NCBI GenBank assembly: GCA_051362555.1
Contig: CM120647.1
Span: 20,436,651-20,500,650, forward strand
Length of the DNA: 64,000 bases
From: Lingula anatina
Lineage: Eukaryota; Animalia; Brachiopoda
Reading direction: 5' to 3'
Shown here: in pieces, positions 12,215-26,200 of the stretch
How the letters are laid out: the number at the start of each line of letters is the position of its first letter
Numbering within the stretch: position 1 is the stretch's first letter
The notes under the pieces: generated by a model
What the model saw: only the letters and a program-made list of their open reading frames with translations
Databases searched by the model: none
Told to the model about the DNA's origin: nothing
Position numbers and translations under genes: made by a program

Positions 12215-15200
12215 ATGTTTGGGCATCCACTGCTAGCAGCATTAGTTTGGATTTCTTGTATTGACAGTGGAGTCTCAACTCCAGGTAAATATGTGAATGT
12301 AATATGTATGGTATGAATGTAATTACTGCTTTCCCATCAGGGTACATTATTACAAGGGGGTTGAACTCCCAAAACGAAAGTACGTTGAGTGCATTGATAA
12401 CCTTGAACTTTTGTCTTTTCACACAAGTGCCCTTAATATATATAAATATAGATAGATGGTGTTCCATGGGCATTGTTTAAATCATACCTGTTTGAGCGTG
12501 AACAATCAGTCTCGCTAGGCACATACTAATCACCATTAACACAATTAGCTTTTGGCGTACCACAAAGCTCTGTATACTCGGCCCCATCCTGTTCACTCAC
12601 AGATTTATATTTTTTTACGACAGGCCATCAGATGTGATACCATCTATCCAGACACATATAAGTCAGTTGAGTCAATGACTTAAGGCCAATTCACTATTTT
12701 TAATGAGGGTAAAAAAAAAACAGAAGTTAGTTCACTTTTTCTCTCGATTTTCTCAAGATGCCGAACAATCAAAGATCGGAAACAGCATGGTCACGGTAAA
12801 AGATGAGGTTAAAAACCTAGGAGTATTTTTTATAACAGGTGCGATATGATCGTCGACATCAGTATCCAGAGCCGTTTTCTATGGTCTTTAAAAATCTCCA
12901 AACTATCCCATTACCCTTGACAAAGTTTAAATGGAGAGGCTTGCCCATGTCTTCATAAATATACATCTTGACGACGGAAACAGGCTACAGTATGGTATTT
13001 TTCTGTTCCAAATTGAAAAACTACAATCTGTCCAAAATGCTGCAGCACGACTACTGACCAAATCCCCTCTCAGATCAAGCATTTCACCTATTTGAACCTA
13101 TTCGTATTTGAACTACATTGAATTCCAGTGCGAAAGAGAATTGTTTTTAAAATACTTCTGTTTGTTTTTAAATTCATCAGAATGCCCTTCATATTTTATT
13201 CTCTGCTACATCCAAGCTCAGCCAGTCTCACCAGGTCCACCACATCCACCTCTACTCTTTGTTTTACCAGAATTGACAAAGAAATACAAAACCTACGGCC
13301 ACAGGGCATTTTCAATTGCAGCACCCATTTTACGGAAAGAACTACCCTCACGCATTCGGACAAGATATAGTGTTGAGGTTTTTAAAAAATAACATATAAT
13401 TCTGATATTTTTATTTGTAAACAGCATTGACACAAAAGTGCAGTGCAGTTTTTACGAAATAATATTAATTATTATAAAATAGTATGTAAACCGAATAACT
13501 GCGTACATATTTTGTCTTTCTTCTACCCAAATATGCCCATGAAATATAGCACAGTGCTCAGCTTAATTAGGACCCGATTAGGCCGATTTTCGTGTGCATC
13601 GAAATACTTCTTTGTAAACAATGCAAAAAAAAAAAAAATGAAAGTAACTTCCCCAACAAAATTACGACATAAACCCTCATGCATTTGCTTTATTGGATAT
13701 ATTGTTTAACATCTTGCTGGTATTGTAGACATATATGAGGGAAAAAATATATTTTGTATTATAGACATCGTTCTTAGATATCATTATGCAAAATGCATAA
13801 AAAGATAGGAGTGTCGCAGACTGTTATCATTATTCTAGTTCCTGTTGTTTTTTGTGTGCATGTGCCTCCGTATGTAAGTGTGTGCGCACGTGGGTGAATA
13901 TCCACCCTTCCTACTGACCATACCAAAAATGACAATTAAGGTCCCTCATATACAAGTAGTACGTACACCATGTAAAGGACTAGACACTTAGCAATAAGTT
14001 GAGTAAATTGTGTGTGTGAAATATATTTGACATTGAGAGAATATGGGAGGAGCCACGAAGGAACAACTGATATTGTGTGGTTGGCCATAACGGAAGTGTT
14101 GTCATAAAAAGGTTGAAAAAAATGCTTTTAAAACAAGAACTTTGTCATTTTAATCTTTTCGTCAATGCAGATGAAAGCTGGTTATCTTTGTTGAAAATTA
14201 GGGTTGGCAATTTTAATTTTAAAAAGTGGAGAATGTAGAAAAAATCGTGCGAGAAGATACACTTTATAATCAAACAACGGTGTGCAATATGCATTAAAAT
14301 CAGAATGTGCATTAACCTTGATCTGAGATAACCACAGAAAGATAATTTGTTAAAAGGCGCAGACTAGCATATTTTGGTTAACTTTGCCTTTTTTGCGTGA
14401 GACATCCACCGTGTATGCTGATGTACTGCTGTCGGTCTAACTTCTTGTTATGACAGTGAGGCCTAATCTTCTCCGAAGGAAATTGGGCTGTCATAGATTG
14501 GGTTCCCTTTATTAGATCGATATAACAGGCTAAATTGATAAAAGCGTAAGAGGCTTAGATGTCTGGCAAGCCTACTGAAGCTGCTAAACGATATTTAATT
14601 ACCTCCTAGCAGCTTCAGTAGGCGTAAGAGACATCTAAACCCTGAATTTGATTGCAATTTAGCGAGAATCCCCTTGGAGAAAGATAGTTCCACAGTAAGT
14701 ACTGTAAGGTCTGGGAATGGTCATTAAGAGATCGGTTAAAAAGGTTCCATGAAGGTGCTTCTGGTATTTTATTAGAATGTTTTGCTTGTCTTCTGAGGGG
14801 GAGTTGATGTGAAAGCTGCAACCGATTTTAGTTTGTGGCACATATGATCTTTGCGACCATGTGGTTACCAGTCGGCAATCGATCTCTACAATCCTGCAAC
14901 CGGTTTTTAATTATCAAGTGGTTGCTGACAGATTGTTTACCACTCGGCAAACGGCGTGCGACTGGTAACCTGTAATTCGAATGTGGTATTTAAGACGTTG
15001 CAACAACTGTAAAGCAACCTTGTTGCAACTTGTTTGCGACTGTTTTCCGAGCAAAATATACCAAAGCTTCTTATTCAGCTTGCAATGTGATCGCAAGCAA
15101 CCGCCAGATTATGATGTTGCTGAAAGTTTGCTCTAGGCTTTACTATCTTTCTTAGTTTTAGTGTTGTGGCAGTGATCTTTTCCTTCATGTCGGCGTTCAT

Positions 15201-16218
15201 TTTTAAATTTCAGGTGGTAATCGCGTTCTGCATTTCCCTGAGCCAGATAACACCCTATCATGGTCACTACTGCACACAAATACCCCTGATTTAAACGCAT
15301 TCACAGCCTGCGTATGGATCAAAACCATCCTCACCACAAGTGGCCCCATTCTCTCCTACGGCTCAGAGAGTTGTCGCCAGTGTATTGAACTTGGATACAG
15401 CCCCGTTGGTCACGGTTACTCCATTGTTTTGAAAGGCGATAACGTACTGAGTGGGTCCTCTCATGCTAAAGCGCCCCTACCGGCCGATGGGAACTGGCAC
15501 CACTGGTGTGTGGTGTGGAGTGGTGCCAAGAGAGAGGTTAATATCTACAGGGATGGTCTCCACGCACTGAGCCAACGTGTTAAAGTTTCACTTATACCTG
15601 GAGGTAAAATGGCATGATAATTTGGATGATATGGAGATACATATTCCTACTTGCTGTAGTCGCTTATCTGTAAATATCGTATACAATTCTTTACTGAAAT
15701 GTCAAACAATTCACGGGGTTGCTTTCAGTGTTCATTTTATAATTCTTATTTGTAAAATAACGACCAGAATTTTTTCAAAGTTTTTATATCAATATGAGTC
15801 AATATGAGTCATAATCTGGTGTCTAAATGTTTTAATATTCCTTACTCGGAGTTCTTATATCTGCCGAATGCCTTATTTACCACTTTTGTGAATATGTTAT
15901 TTTTATATAAAATAGTTGTTTAAACTTACTTGTACATGTAGGAATAATGAAGTCTTATTTTAAAATGTTTCATTTTATTTCACAATTTTAGGTGGTAAAT
16001 GGGTCGTTGGACACACTCAATGTGAGGCAAGTCCTGATACTCTTCCTAAGCATCCATCATTCGTGGGATTCGTTGGCGGGGTCAACGTCTGGAACCACGA
16101 TAACGGCGACATGCCCGGCCTGGCAATATGTGCCAATACTAACGAAGGGAGTCTCATATCCTGGGATACTGTCACCAAGACCAACTTCAAGGTCGCAACA
16201 TATGAGGAACATTGTTAA
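12215..16218 (+). CDS. Secreted short pentraxin-like protein, copy 3 (exons 12215-12284, 15214-15603, 15992-16218; 228 aa)
   Basis: Leader MFGHPLLAALVWISCIDSGVSTP G|gtaaat; canonical tttcag and ttttag acceptors; uninterrupted frame with the same pentraxin motifs. Confidence 0.9.
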
Positions 16219-16866
16219 AATGTTACCACAACATTCTTTTCTGTAATATGACATTCTTTTGCTTTGAAATTGTACTTTTGGATTGAAATGAACTACATTT
16301 TTCAGAATCGACATACCAAGTTAATAAAAAATTGCTGAAAGCGACCATATGGGTTCGATGTGTATATATGACCCTTTGTTAATTTTGTAATTATCGGAAT
16401 TAAAAAAAACAACATGTTTCTAACTAATACGTGATCTATCCACACCTACAGTTGTTTTCCACATGACCTCATTTCGAACATGAATATCTGGGAATAAGGG
16501 CTAAGAAACATAATGAGAGCACATGTGACGTTCAAATGCATATTTCTCAGTCACCTCTTTTATTCCTCTGATTTAACCTCCATGACTGACTTGCAACTAA
16601 TATGTATGTGTCTGTGTATGAAGGTTTGTGTACACTTGGGTGAATATCCACCCTACCTACTGACCATACCAAAAATGACAATTAAGGTCCGTCATATACA
16701 AGTAGTACGTACACCATGTAAAGGACTAGACACTTAGCAATAAGTTGAGTAAATTGTGGCTTTGAGATAAATATTTTAAATTGAGAGAATATGGGAAGAG
16801 TCATTAAAGAACAACTGATATTGCGTGGTAGGCCATAACAGAAGTGTTGTCATAAAAAGGTTGAAA

Positions 16867-19132
16867 ACAAAAATGCTTTTAAAACAAGAACTTTGTCATT
16901 TTAATCTTTTCGTCAATGCTGATGAAAGTTGGTTATCTTTGTTGAAAATTAGGGTTGGCAATTTAAGTTGAGAATGTAGAAAAAATCGTGCGAGAAGATA
17001 CACTTTATAATCAAACAACGGTGTGCAATATGCATTAAAATCAGAATGTGCATTAACCTTGATCTGAGATAACCACAGAAAGATTATATGTTAAAAGGCG
17101 CAGACTAGCATATTTTGGTTAACTTTGCCTTTTTTGCGTGAGACATCCACCGTGTATGTTTATATACTGCTGTCGGTCTAACTACGTGTTATGACAGTGA
17201 GGCCTAATCTTCTCCGAAGGAAATTGGGCTGTCATAGATTGGGTTCCCTTACTTAGATCGATATAACAGGTTCGATCCATCTCCAAGGGATTTCTCGCTA
17301 AATTGATAAAAGCGTAAGAGGCTTAGATGTCTGGCAAGCCTACTGAAGCTGCTAAACGACATTTAATTACCTCCTAGCAGCTTCAGTAGGCGTGAGAGAC
17401 ATCTAAACCCTGAATTTGATTGCAATTTAGCGAGAATCCCCTTGGAGAAAGATAGTTCCACAGTAAGTACTATAAGGTCTGGGAATGGTCATTAACAGAT
17501 CGGTTAAAAAGGTTCCATGAAGGTGCTTCTGGTATTTTATTAGAATGTATTGCTTGTCTTCTGAGGGGGAGTTGACGTGAAAGCTGCAACCGATTTAAGT
17601 TTTTGGCACATATGATCTTTGCGACCATGTGGTTACCAGTCGGCAATCGATCTCTACAATCCTGCAACCGGTTTTTAATTATCAAGTGGTTGCTGACAGA
17701 TTGTTTACCACTCGGCAAACGGCGTGCGACTGGTAACCTGTAGTTCGAATGTGGTATTTAAGACGTTGCAACAACTGTAAAGCAACCTTGTTGCAACTTG
17801 TTTGCGACTGTTTTCCGAGCAAAATATACCAAAGCTTCTTATTCAGCTTGCAATGTGATCGCAAGCAACCGCCAGATTATGATGATGCTGAAAGTTTGCT
17901 CTAGGCTTTACTATCTTTCGTCGTTTTAGTGTTGTGGCAGTGATCTTGTCCTTCATGTCGGCGTTCATTTTTAAATTTCAGGTGGTAATCGCGTTCTGCA
18001 TTTCCCTGAGCCAGATAACACCCTATCATGGTCACTACTGCACGCCATTACCCCGGATTTAAACGCCTTCACAGCCTGCGTATGGATCAAAACCATCCGC
18101 ACCACAAGCGGCCCCATTCTATCCTACGGCTCAGAGAGTTGAACTTGGATACAGCCCCGTTGGTCACGGCTACTCCATTGTTTTGAAAGGCGATAACGTA
18201 CTGAGTGGGTCCTCTCATGCTAAAGCGCCCCTACCGGCCGATGGGAACTGGCACCACTGGTGTGTGGTGTGGAGTGGTGCCAAGAGAGAGATTAATATCA
18301 ACATGAGCAAGCAGGGCATAGCATGTTAAAAAACTTCACTGTAAACATCGTATACATTTCTTCAATGAACTGTCAAACGATTCACGGGGTTGCTTTTGGT
18401 GATCATGTCATAGGATTCACTTGTAAAATAACGACCAGATCAATCAGTTGATATGACCCATGATCTGGCATAGTGTCAAAATGTTTTAATATCCCTTACT
18501 CTAATTTAGGCCCCATCAACGGATCGAGTCCTTTGATCGGACGAATGCAGTATATATAACTTCTGTGAATATGCAATTTTTACAAAACATTATTGTTTCA
18601 ACTTGTTATGAATAATTAAGTCTTGATTTTAAATTTGTGTCATTCTAATACACAATTCCAGGCGGTAAATGGGTTGTTGGACACACTCAGTGTGAGGCAA
18701 GTCCTGATACTCTTCCTAAGCATCCATCATTCGTGGGATTCGTCGGCGGCGTCAACGTCTGGAACCACGATAACGTCGACATCCCCGGCCTGGCAATATG
18801 TGCCAATACTAACGAGGGAAGTCTCATATCCTGGGACACTGTCACCAAGACCAACTGCAACATATGAGGAACATTGTTAAAATGTTATCACTACAATTAG
18901 TCTTCTGTAATATGAAATTGGTCAGTATCCTATATGGATCACCATTAAAGCATTAACACTTCTTCCTTTTGCTTTGGGATTGTACTTCTAGATTGGAATG
19001 AACTACATTTTTCAGAATCGACATAACAAGTTAATGAAAATTTGCTGAAAGCGACCATACAGGTTCGATATGTACCGGTATTTACCCTTCTTCCCCTATT
19101 TTTGATATCACGGCATCCAGCTGCCTTACAAA
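16867..19132 (+). repeat. Recent ~2.3-kb duplication of about 2806-5071
   Basis: Constant offset 14061 with only a handful of substitutions seen by eye. Confidence 0.92.
17982..18880 (+). pseudogene. Pentraxin-like copy 4, pseudogene without its own leader exon (damaged exon 2 from 17982; exon 3 18662-18880)
   Basis: Near-identical to copy 1 at offset 14061 with the same three deletions; no leader exon between 16218 and 17982 because 3'-flank sequence joins intron-1 sequence near 16600. Confidence 0.9.
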
Positions 19133-19927
19133 AGAGGGGAAGAGCCACGAAGGAACATATGATATTGCGTGGTCGGCCATTACAGAAGTATTGTCATAAA
19201 ATGCTGAAAACAAAAATTCTTTTAAAACAAGAAATTTGTCATTTAAATCTTTTCGTCAGTGCAGATGAAAGCTGGTTGTCTTTGTTGAAAATTAGGGTTG
19301 GCAATTTTAGTGGAGAATGTAGAAAAAATCGCGCGAGTAGATGTGCTTTATAGTCAAACAACGTTGTGCAGTGTGCATTAAAAAACAAAATGTGCATTAA
19401 CCTTGATCTGAGATAACCACAGACAGCTAATATCTTTAAAGGTGGAGACTAGAATATTTTGGTTAACTCTGCCTTCCTTGCGTGAGACAGACCCACCGTG
19501 TATGCTAATTTACTCCTGTCGGTCTAACTTCGTGTTATGACAGTGAGGCCTAATCTTTGTTGAAGGAAGTTGGGATGTCAAAGACTAGGTTCCCATACCT
19601 ATATCGATGTAACAGAAACGATCCATCTCCAAGGGGCTTCTCGCTAAATTGTTTTCAGTTTAAGCGGCTTAGATATCTGGGCCGCCTACGGTAGCTGCTA
19701 AACCATAATTAATTACGCCCTAGCAGCTTCAGCAGGCGTGACAGACATCTAAGGTGATATACCAATCGGTAAATGGTGTACGACTGGTAACCTGTAACTC
19801 GAATGTGGTATTTCAGATGTTGCAGGTAATATAATGCAACCTTGTTGCAATTGGTTTGCGACTGTTTGTCGAGCAATATATGCCAAAGCTTCTTATTCCA
19901 CTTGCAATGTGATCGCAAGCGACTGCC

Positions 19928-20082
19928 TGGGATTCGTCGCCGGCGTCAACGTCTGGGACCATGATAAAGTTGACATCCCCGGCCTAGCAATATGTGCCAA
20001 TACTAACGAGGGGAGTATTATTTCTTGGGATACTGTCACCAAGACTAACTTCAAGATTGCGTCATATTGGGAATATTGTTAA
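19928..20082 (+). pseudogene. Pentraxin-like copy 5 fragment (3' part of exon 3 only)
   Basis: GFVAGVNVWDHDKVDIPGLAICANTNEGSIISWDTVTKTNFKIASYWEYC* fused directly to intron-1 sequence; exon 2, intron 2 and the acceptor are deleted. Confidence 0.85.
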
Positions 20083-21111
20083 AAGGCCACTGCTCTTCAT
20101 TTGTTTTCTCTGCAGGCATCAGGTATCGCGTCATATTGGTAATACTGTTAAAAGGTCACTGATCTTCATTTGTTTTCTCAGCAGGCATCAGGTATAAATG
20201 GTCATAGTCATTTGTCCACAAACAATCTCTACGGCATCCTTCATGGATCTAATTTTAGCAGCTCTTCTTCATTTGTTGTGAAATTTTACTTTGGATACAC
20301 CAAACTGTACTCGTGTCGATATGTCTAGTTAACAGTAAAGAATATAGATCCATTTTTATGGTAAGCACTTTAAAAAACTATTATTTACCCTTTGCTCAAA
20401 CCATAAATGCCAGGATTAAATAAAATGTTGAAAACACCCACTTTGTTCTACAGTGTAAACAAGCAATGGTACTTACCACGTTGTCATAGAGGTCATTAGT
20501 CCGATCACGCGGCTCCTATAGTGTACGCTGAGATGAAACCACTTGGGATGTTATCAGATATCAGATCTTAAAGTGTGTCTTTCCGATGTAGACGCTTAAA
20601 TAGGCCTTTTTCTGAAACTTTGCCTATTTCATCCTGAACCCCAAAGCATATCTCACACTAAACCGTTGAGAAAATAAAGGTCAACATATAGGTTTTTAAG
20701 ATCACTTAAAGAAAAAAAAAGCGCAGCATTTTTTTTTTTTTTCGTCTAAACTTCTCGCCATTACTACCCTTCGCGTGGAATTCTGGGACTTGCCTCAATT
20801 TGCATATGACTGAATACTACTGTTTACTACGCTCTGGAGAAGACCCGGATGTCACTGCAAACCAAGATGGAGGGTAGTCCGAGCACACGTGGGTTGAAAG
20901 AGAGAGGAATAACTCCACGGGACAATGAAAAAGGTAATAAAACGGGAAATGCAGAAGCAGAGGATGTTATTTTCATTGGCAGGCCAGAGAGGTAGACAAA
21001 GCAGAAGTAGGAACTAAAACTGACACGCGAGAAACTGACAAAAATTCTGCCAGATACGGGTAGGTTAATTCGATATCTTATCACGCCCGACTCTTTTATT
21101 GAGAACATATT

Positions 21112-21276
21112 CAGGGGGCGGATTTAGGCCGTCTTCTGGTTATTCCGGAAGACGGTTAAATTTTCAAGTTTTCATTGACGGGTCTATGTAATATTTCTGT
21201 CGTAAGGCGGTCAAAAATGGAGGATGGATCAATATATTCGGAAGACTGTCAGAAAATATCTCTGGATCCGCCCCTG
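21112..21276. mobile_element. Small hAT-like MITE (related element about 32948-33198)
   Basis: cagggggcggattt ... ggatccgcccctg termini. Confidence 0.6.
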
Positions 21277-23277
21277 GTATCCCTGCCGTACGCAGAAAAG
21301 TTTATTATTCTTTAGAGCAGTCAGTACAAACAAGGATTGAGCTAAATCGTCTTCTATTAAAGACTGGTTTTTGTCGGCTTACTTAACGTCGTAATATACT
21401 CAAGTTAAAAAAAAAACTTTCACGATTAAACTTATTCGAATTTAATTTAAATCAAAAGATTTAAAGCGAGCATATTAATTGTGGCATCTGATGGTAGTAA
21501 ATGTTTATTTTCTGTTTACGTTGTTTAAAGTTGACTTCATGGGGAATCTCTGGGGAATGAGGCTAATACACTGGTATAATTTTTTTAAATCCAGGTAATA
21601 TGCATGTGGCAAACATCTACCCCTACATCAGGTTCAAGGCCACAGTCTTGTTTTAACCGTGCAACTTAGAGCCAGAGCCAAAGTAAGTACTTGACACCCA
21701 GAATCCAAACACACACTAGCTGTTCATTTTACCATGTTCAGTACACCTTGCCATCAATAAAAGTCTAATTAATGCATGTTAGTACTTGGAACAATGCCAT
21801 TTTATTATAAAGTTTAATACCTTCCATGACAGTTTTGTCCCAGAATTGTGACGAGCACAGGATATCGGTACTTATTTTGAGGAACGTTATATAATAATTT
21901 GAAACAAATAATTTTGATAACCATGCTCTATTCAGTGCTCTTATGTCTGGCGTAGACATTACAGATAGTGGGTGCTATTAATTTCACAAAAATGCATTGA
22001 AGTCTTTCCAATAGTCAATGTTTTGTTTTTAGGTATACTAAGCAGGAAAGCAAGCACTCAAAATCATGGATGACAGGGAGACCTCAAACTGTAACATAAA
22101 CAATTAGCACAAATAAAGGTACATTCCAGTCTTACAAAGCAGGAATTTGACATGGGAATTACAAGTACACATTTCATAGCAGCTATGGTGCAGATGATAC
22201 CAAGAGACTCGAGGCACCTTGGTCCTTATATATATAAGAATTTTTTTATCAAAATGATGATAACTTCACGATTTTCTAAACATGACCCCAGAAATTGGCT
22301 TCCATGAACTTTTCTATTAATTTGGTGACTTCAATACAATTTTTGCTTTAAGCACTTGTAGAAAGAATTTTTTTATAAAGAATTTCTACTGTACAATTAC
22401 ATTGACCACCATTTATGGTATTCAGAAAAAAGCCCTCAAGCAGCACTTGGAAAACATCGTCAGGGAACAAAGAAAACAAAATTGTTGAACCCACAGTGCT
22501 AACTGTTAAAGTTTTATACTTTAAATCCGGTACTCTAGTCTCAGACATTTATCAATGCTATGAAAATATATTAGCCGATATAGAATATCTAGTCCATTTT
22601 AAACGCACTGCTTACTAAGTTCATTTATAACATTTAAACTTCATATGCTTTCACAACTAACACAATCTTAGCTTTTGCCTACGGTAATTATTTTTACCAT
22701 ATGGTCCATGTAACTGTACTGTTTAAAATAAACTTATTGGTTACTATACAATTAAGAAAATTCACTATGATGTCTTTTCTCTCTATATTTACCTATTTAT
22801 TGCTCGAAACGTAGTAATACAGTTTCAGATACTCGACTCTTAATGCTAATTAAAACGATGTGTATGTTTGTGTGCATTGGTTGGTGGGTTAGTATTACCT
22901 TACAAAAATACACTTATTTAAGCACTTCCTGTCGTGAATTGAAATTGTATGTAAAAACGTTTCCCGATGACGTTATATAAGAACGCCCAAAATGCCCCCG
23001 AAATGACTTAAATGTTGGTTTTAGAGGTGTTTTACGTGACCAGTGTGTACTAAAATATTCATTGCATTGCTATTCCAGTTTAAATATAATTGAACATGCA
23101 AGGAGGCGAACTACAAAAAGACGTGCATAACAAATACAAAAGGTTGTTTATACCCATGCCTCGTTTTGAAACATTGAACTGGGAGACCCGCATAGTTTGG
23201 CATTAGATCATCCGAGAAACTAGCATATGTTTAGAGTCCGCTTGCAGCATTCCTCCTCTGTTTTCGTGAGAGACACC

Positions 23278-26200
23278 ATGTTTGGACATTTTCTGCTTGT
23301 GGCGTTGACGTTAACTTGTATTGGCTGCGGATCAGGAAGACCATGGCCAGGTATTTAGATTGATTTAAAATGTATGTACGGGAACGGGAAAAATGTATTA
23401 TATATTTACGGTTGGGAACAAGACATGATAAAGCAGAATCCACATAAAGTTTGGCATCATATATCAGAAAAAAGTTAAGTCACTGGCTTATAGCATTTTG
23501 GTCAACTCTAAACTAAATCGCAATTATAACGTCACCAGTGAGATGACATAAGTGTACATGTAAATTAATTTAGTCACTGAACACCCAAGATTTATCTATT
23601 ATCCAAAATAGTGTATGAGAGGCATTTAATAAGGATTTATAAGCGAAGAGTGACAACATCCTTAAGAAACGGTTTGTCTGCATAGTTATTGATTCAGCAA
23701 TGTGCATCCAGATTTGCAGACCGGTCATGTTTTCCATTTCATTGTTTACTTGAAGTGATTTTTTTTCTTTTTGGCAAGTGGCAAAACTGGTGAGGGATTA
23801 AAAATGTCTACGTTCGACGGGCTTTTGCGGTCTGGATGATGCCCACAGAATTCACAATGATGTTTTACATGTTGAGCCATTGTAACATTATCGCACATTC
23901 ATACCAAAGTAAATCAAACCTGACTATAATTATCTTAAAATTAAAATAGTAATATATTCTTATCATTTGATCACTGTAAGCCTTGTAACTGTCTTTGTTC
24001 TGCTGCAGGCCTTTCCTTAAGCCAGTATTCATATTTACTTTTAGGAGGCTCACGGGTTCTGCATTTCCCTGAGCCGGATAGCACCCTATCATGGTCACTA
24101 CTACACGCGACTACTCCGGATCTGAACGCCTTCACAGCCTGCGCATGGATCAAAACCATCCGCACCACAAGCGGCCCCATTCTATCCTACGGCTCAGAGA
24201 GTTGTCATAGGTGTATTGAACTTGGATACAGCCCCGTTGGTCACGGCTACTCGGTTGTCTTGAAGGACGTTAGCGTACTGGATACGTCATCTCGCGCTGA
24301 AGCACCCCTACCGGCCGATGGGAACTGGCATCACTGGTGTGTGGTGTGGAGTGGTGCCAAGAGAGAGATTAATATCTACAGGGATGGTCTCCACGCGCTG
24401 AGTCAACGTGTTAATGTTTCACGTATACCTGGAGGTAAGAGCATGGTTGTTTGAATGCTATATAAAGAATTCCTGTATTAGTTCAGCAATTGATGAAAAT
24501 TCGTGCATTTTACCTACATTTGGCACAATTGTGGAGAATTGAAATATAGGGGCACTTACGAAAACGCCAAATTGGCCGCCAAACGTATCTTTTCAAAATG
24601 AAGCTTTTAGTTTATAGCCTATTAATGGCTTAAGATTTTATATAATGACTACAGAAAAAAAAACAGCGTGCATGTAGTATCAACAACTGTTTCTTAAGCC
24701 AAATGGCCTCCAAAAGTAAAAAAGGTATACTTCACTTTAACTATTGGCACAGTTGTATAGAATGACTTTTTTTAGCATTTTACGTTATATAGACATATCT
24801 GAAAATTCCAATGTGGTAGTCAAATACAGTATGATCACCAAAAGAACTATTTCAAAGTCAACTTATCTACATGCATCATGATTACTTTATATATTCTTTA
24901 ATGGTTAGAAAATCCCCATGTATGAATTAATTATTAAAAACAGTTGCACCAGATCCTGAATTGGCCGTCGAAAATGAAAATAAAACTACTTTTGGTTAAG
25001 TCGTGACCACCACATGCAATGATTTCTAAACTTGCCACATGCATTTGAGGTTTTTCATAAAGATTTTTATCAACAGAATATATTTTGACATGTAGCTTTT
25101 ACATATTATAGAAATATTCGGTTGGTTAACCTAACACATACGTTAGTTAACACACACTTTTTAACTGAGGATAACAGTCTGAAATTTCAAGTTTATATCC
25201 AATAATATTGGGACTCTCAGTCATGCCCATTTATCCAAAAATATTAAGAATAATTTTGTTCAACTGTGTTTAAGTACACGGCTCATCCTTTTCCTGTACC
25301 AAATTGACTTATATCAATATGAGGTCCCAGAACACAGCAGGAGGACAGCTATACTGGAACCATTTCTTAGGCCGCATTCACAAACAATGTTGATCTGCAG
25401 ACTAACAGATCTGAGGATCAAATATGGCCGACCCACTTAAATACTTTCCATGTCATCCTTGCAGGGAATAAACTCAGTTTATATCAGGGAGTTATGCGGC
25501 AAGTTTTCAAGTCGGTCAACCATGATTGATAAGCAGATCAGTTAGTTTACGGACCAACTTGTTTTGAATGCACCCATAGTTATTGGACTGCAGTTAACAA
25601 ATATACCCTGTATAGTCCGTGGGCCAAATAGTATAGCATAGTCCGTGGGCCAAATACGGACCCCCCCCCCCCCCCCCTTAGTGATTTTCGTTCACTCTAT
25701 TTTTCTGATAGCTTATGTGCTTAGCATTTATTTTCTGCTTGTTTGTCATTAAACTGGTGGTGGGTTTGTGTGCTACAGCCGTTGCCATGGTAACACACGG
25801 GTTAAAATTGACATTTCTGAGACCAACAAAATCTTAAATATTTCAAATACAGTAACCAAATAGAATTTAAAATCATTCCAGACATGCATTCTAAGAAGTG
25901 CACTACACTGAACGATTACCAAATTTTGCAAGATGGGGGCAAATTCAGGATGGCGGGCAATTTTTGCTGTTTTTTTTTTTTTTTTTTTTCTTTTTTTTTT
26001 TTTTAAGAAATTTTGATAAATTTTATTATTTCAATTTTTATTTAATTATCAAGGAATTGGAATATGGGAGTGTTTCCATAGCAGACAATAAAAGCTAAGG
26101 GCCTTGTCTACAAGAAAATCATAGTAAACAAAAATCACTTATGGGACTAAGTTGGAGATAATTAAAATGAATAGTATGTTGGAAGAATATATTATATCAA

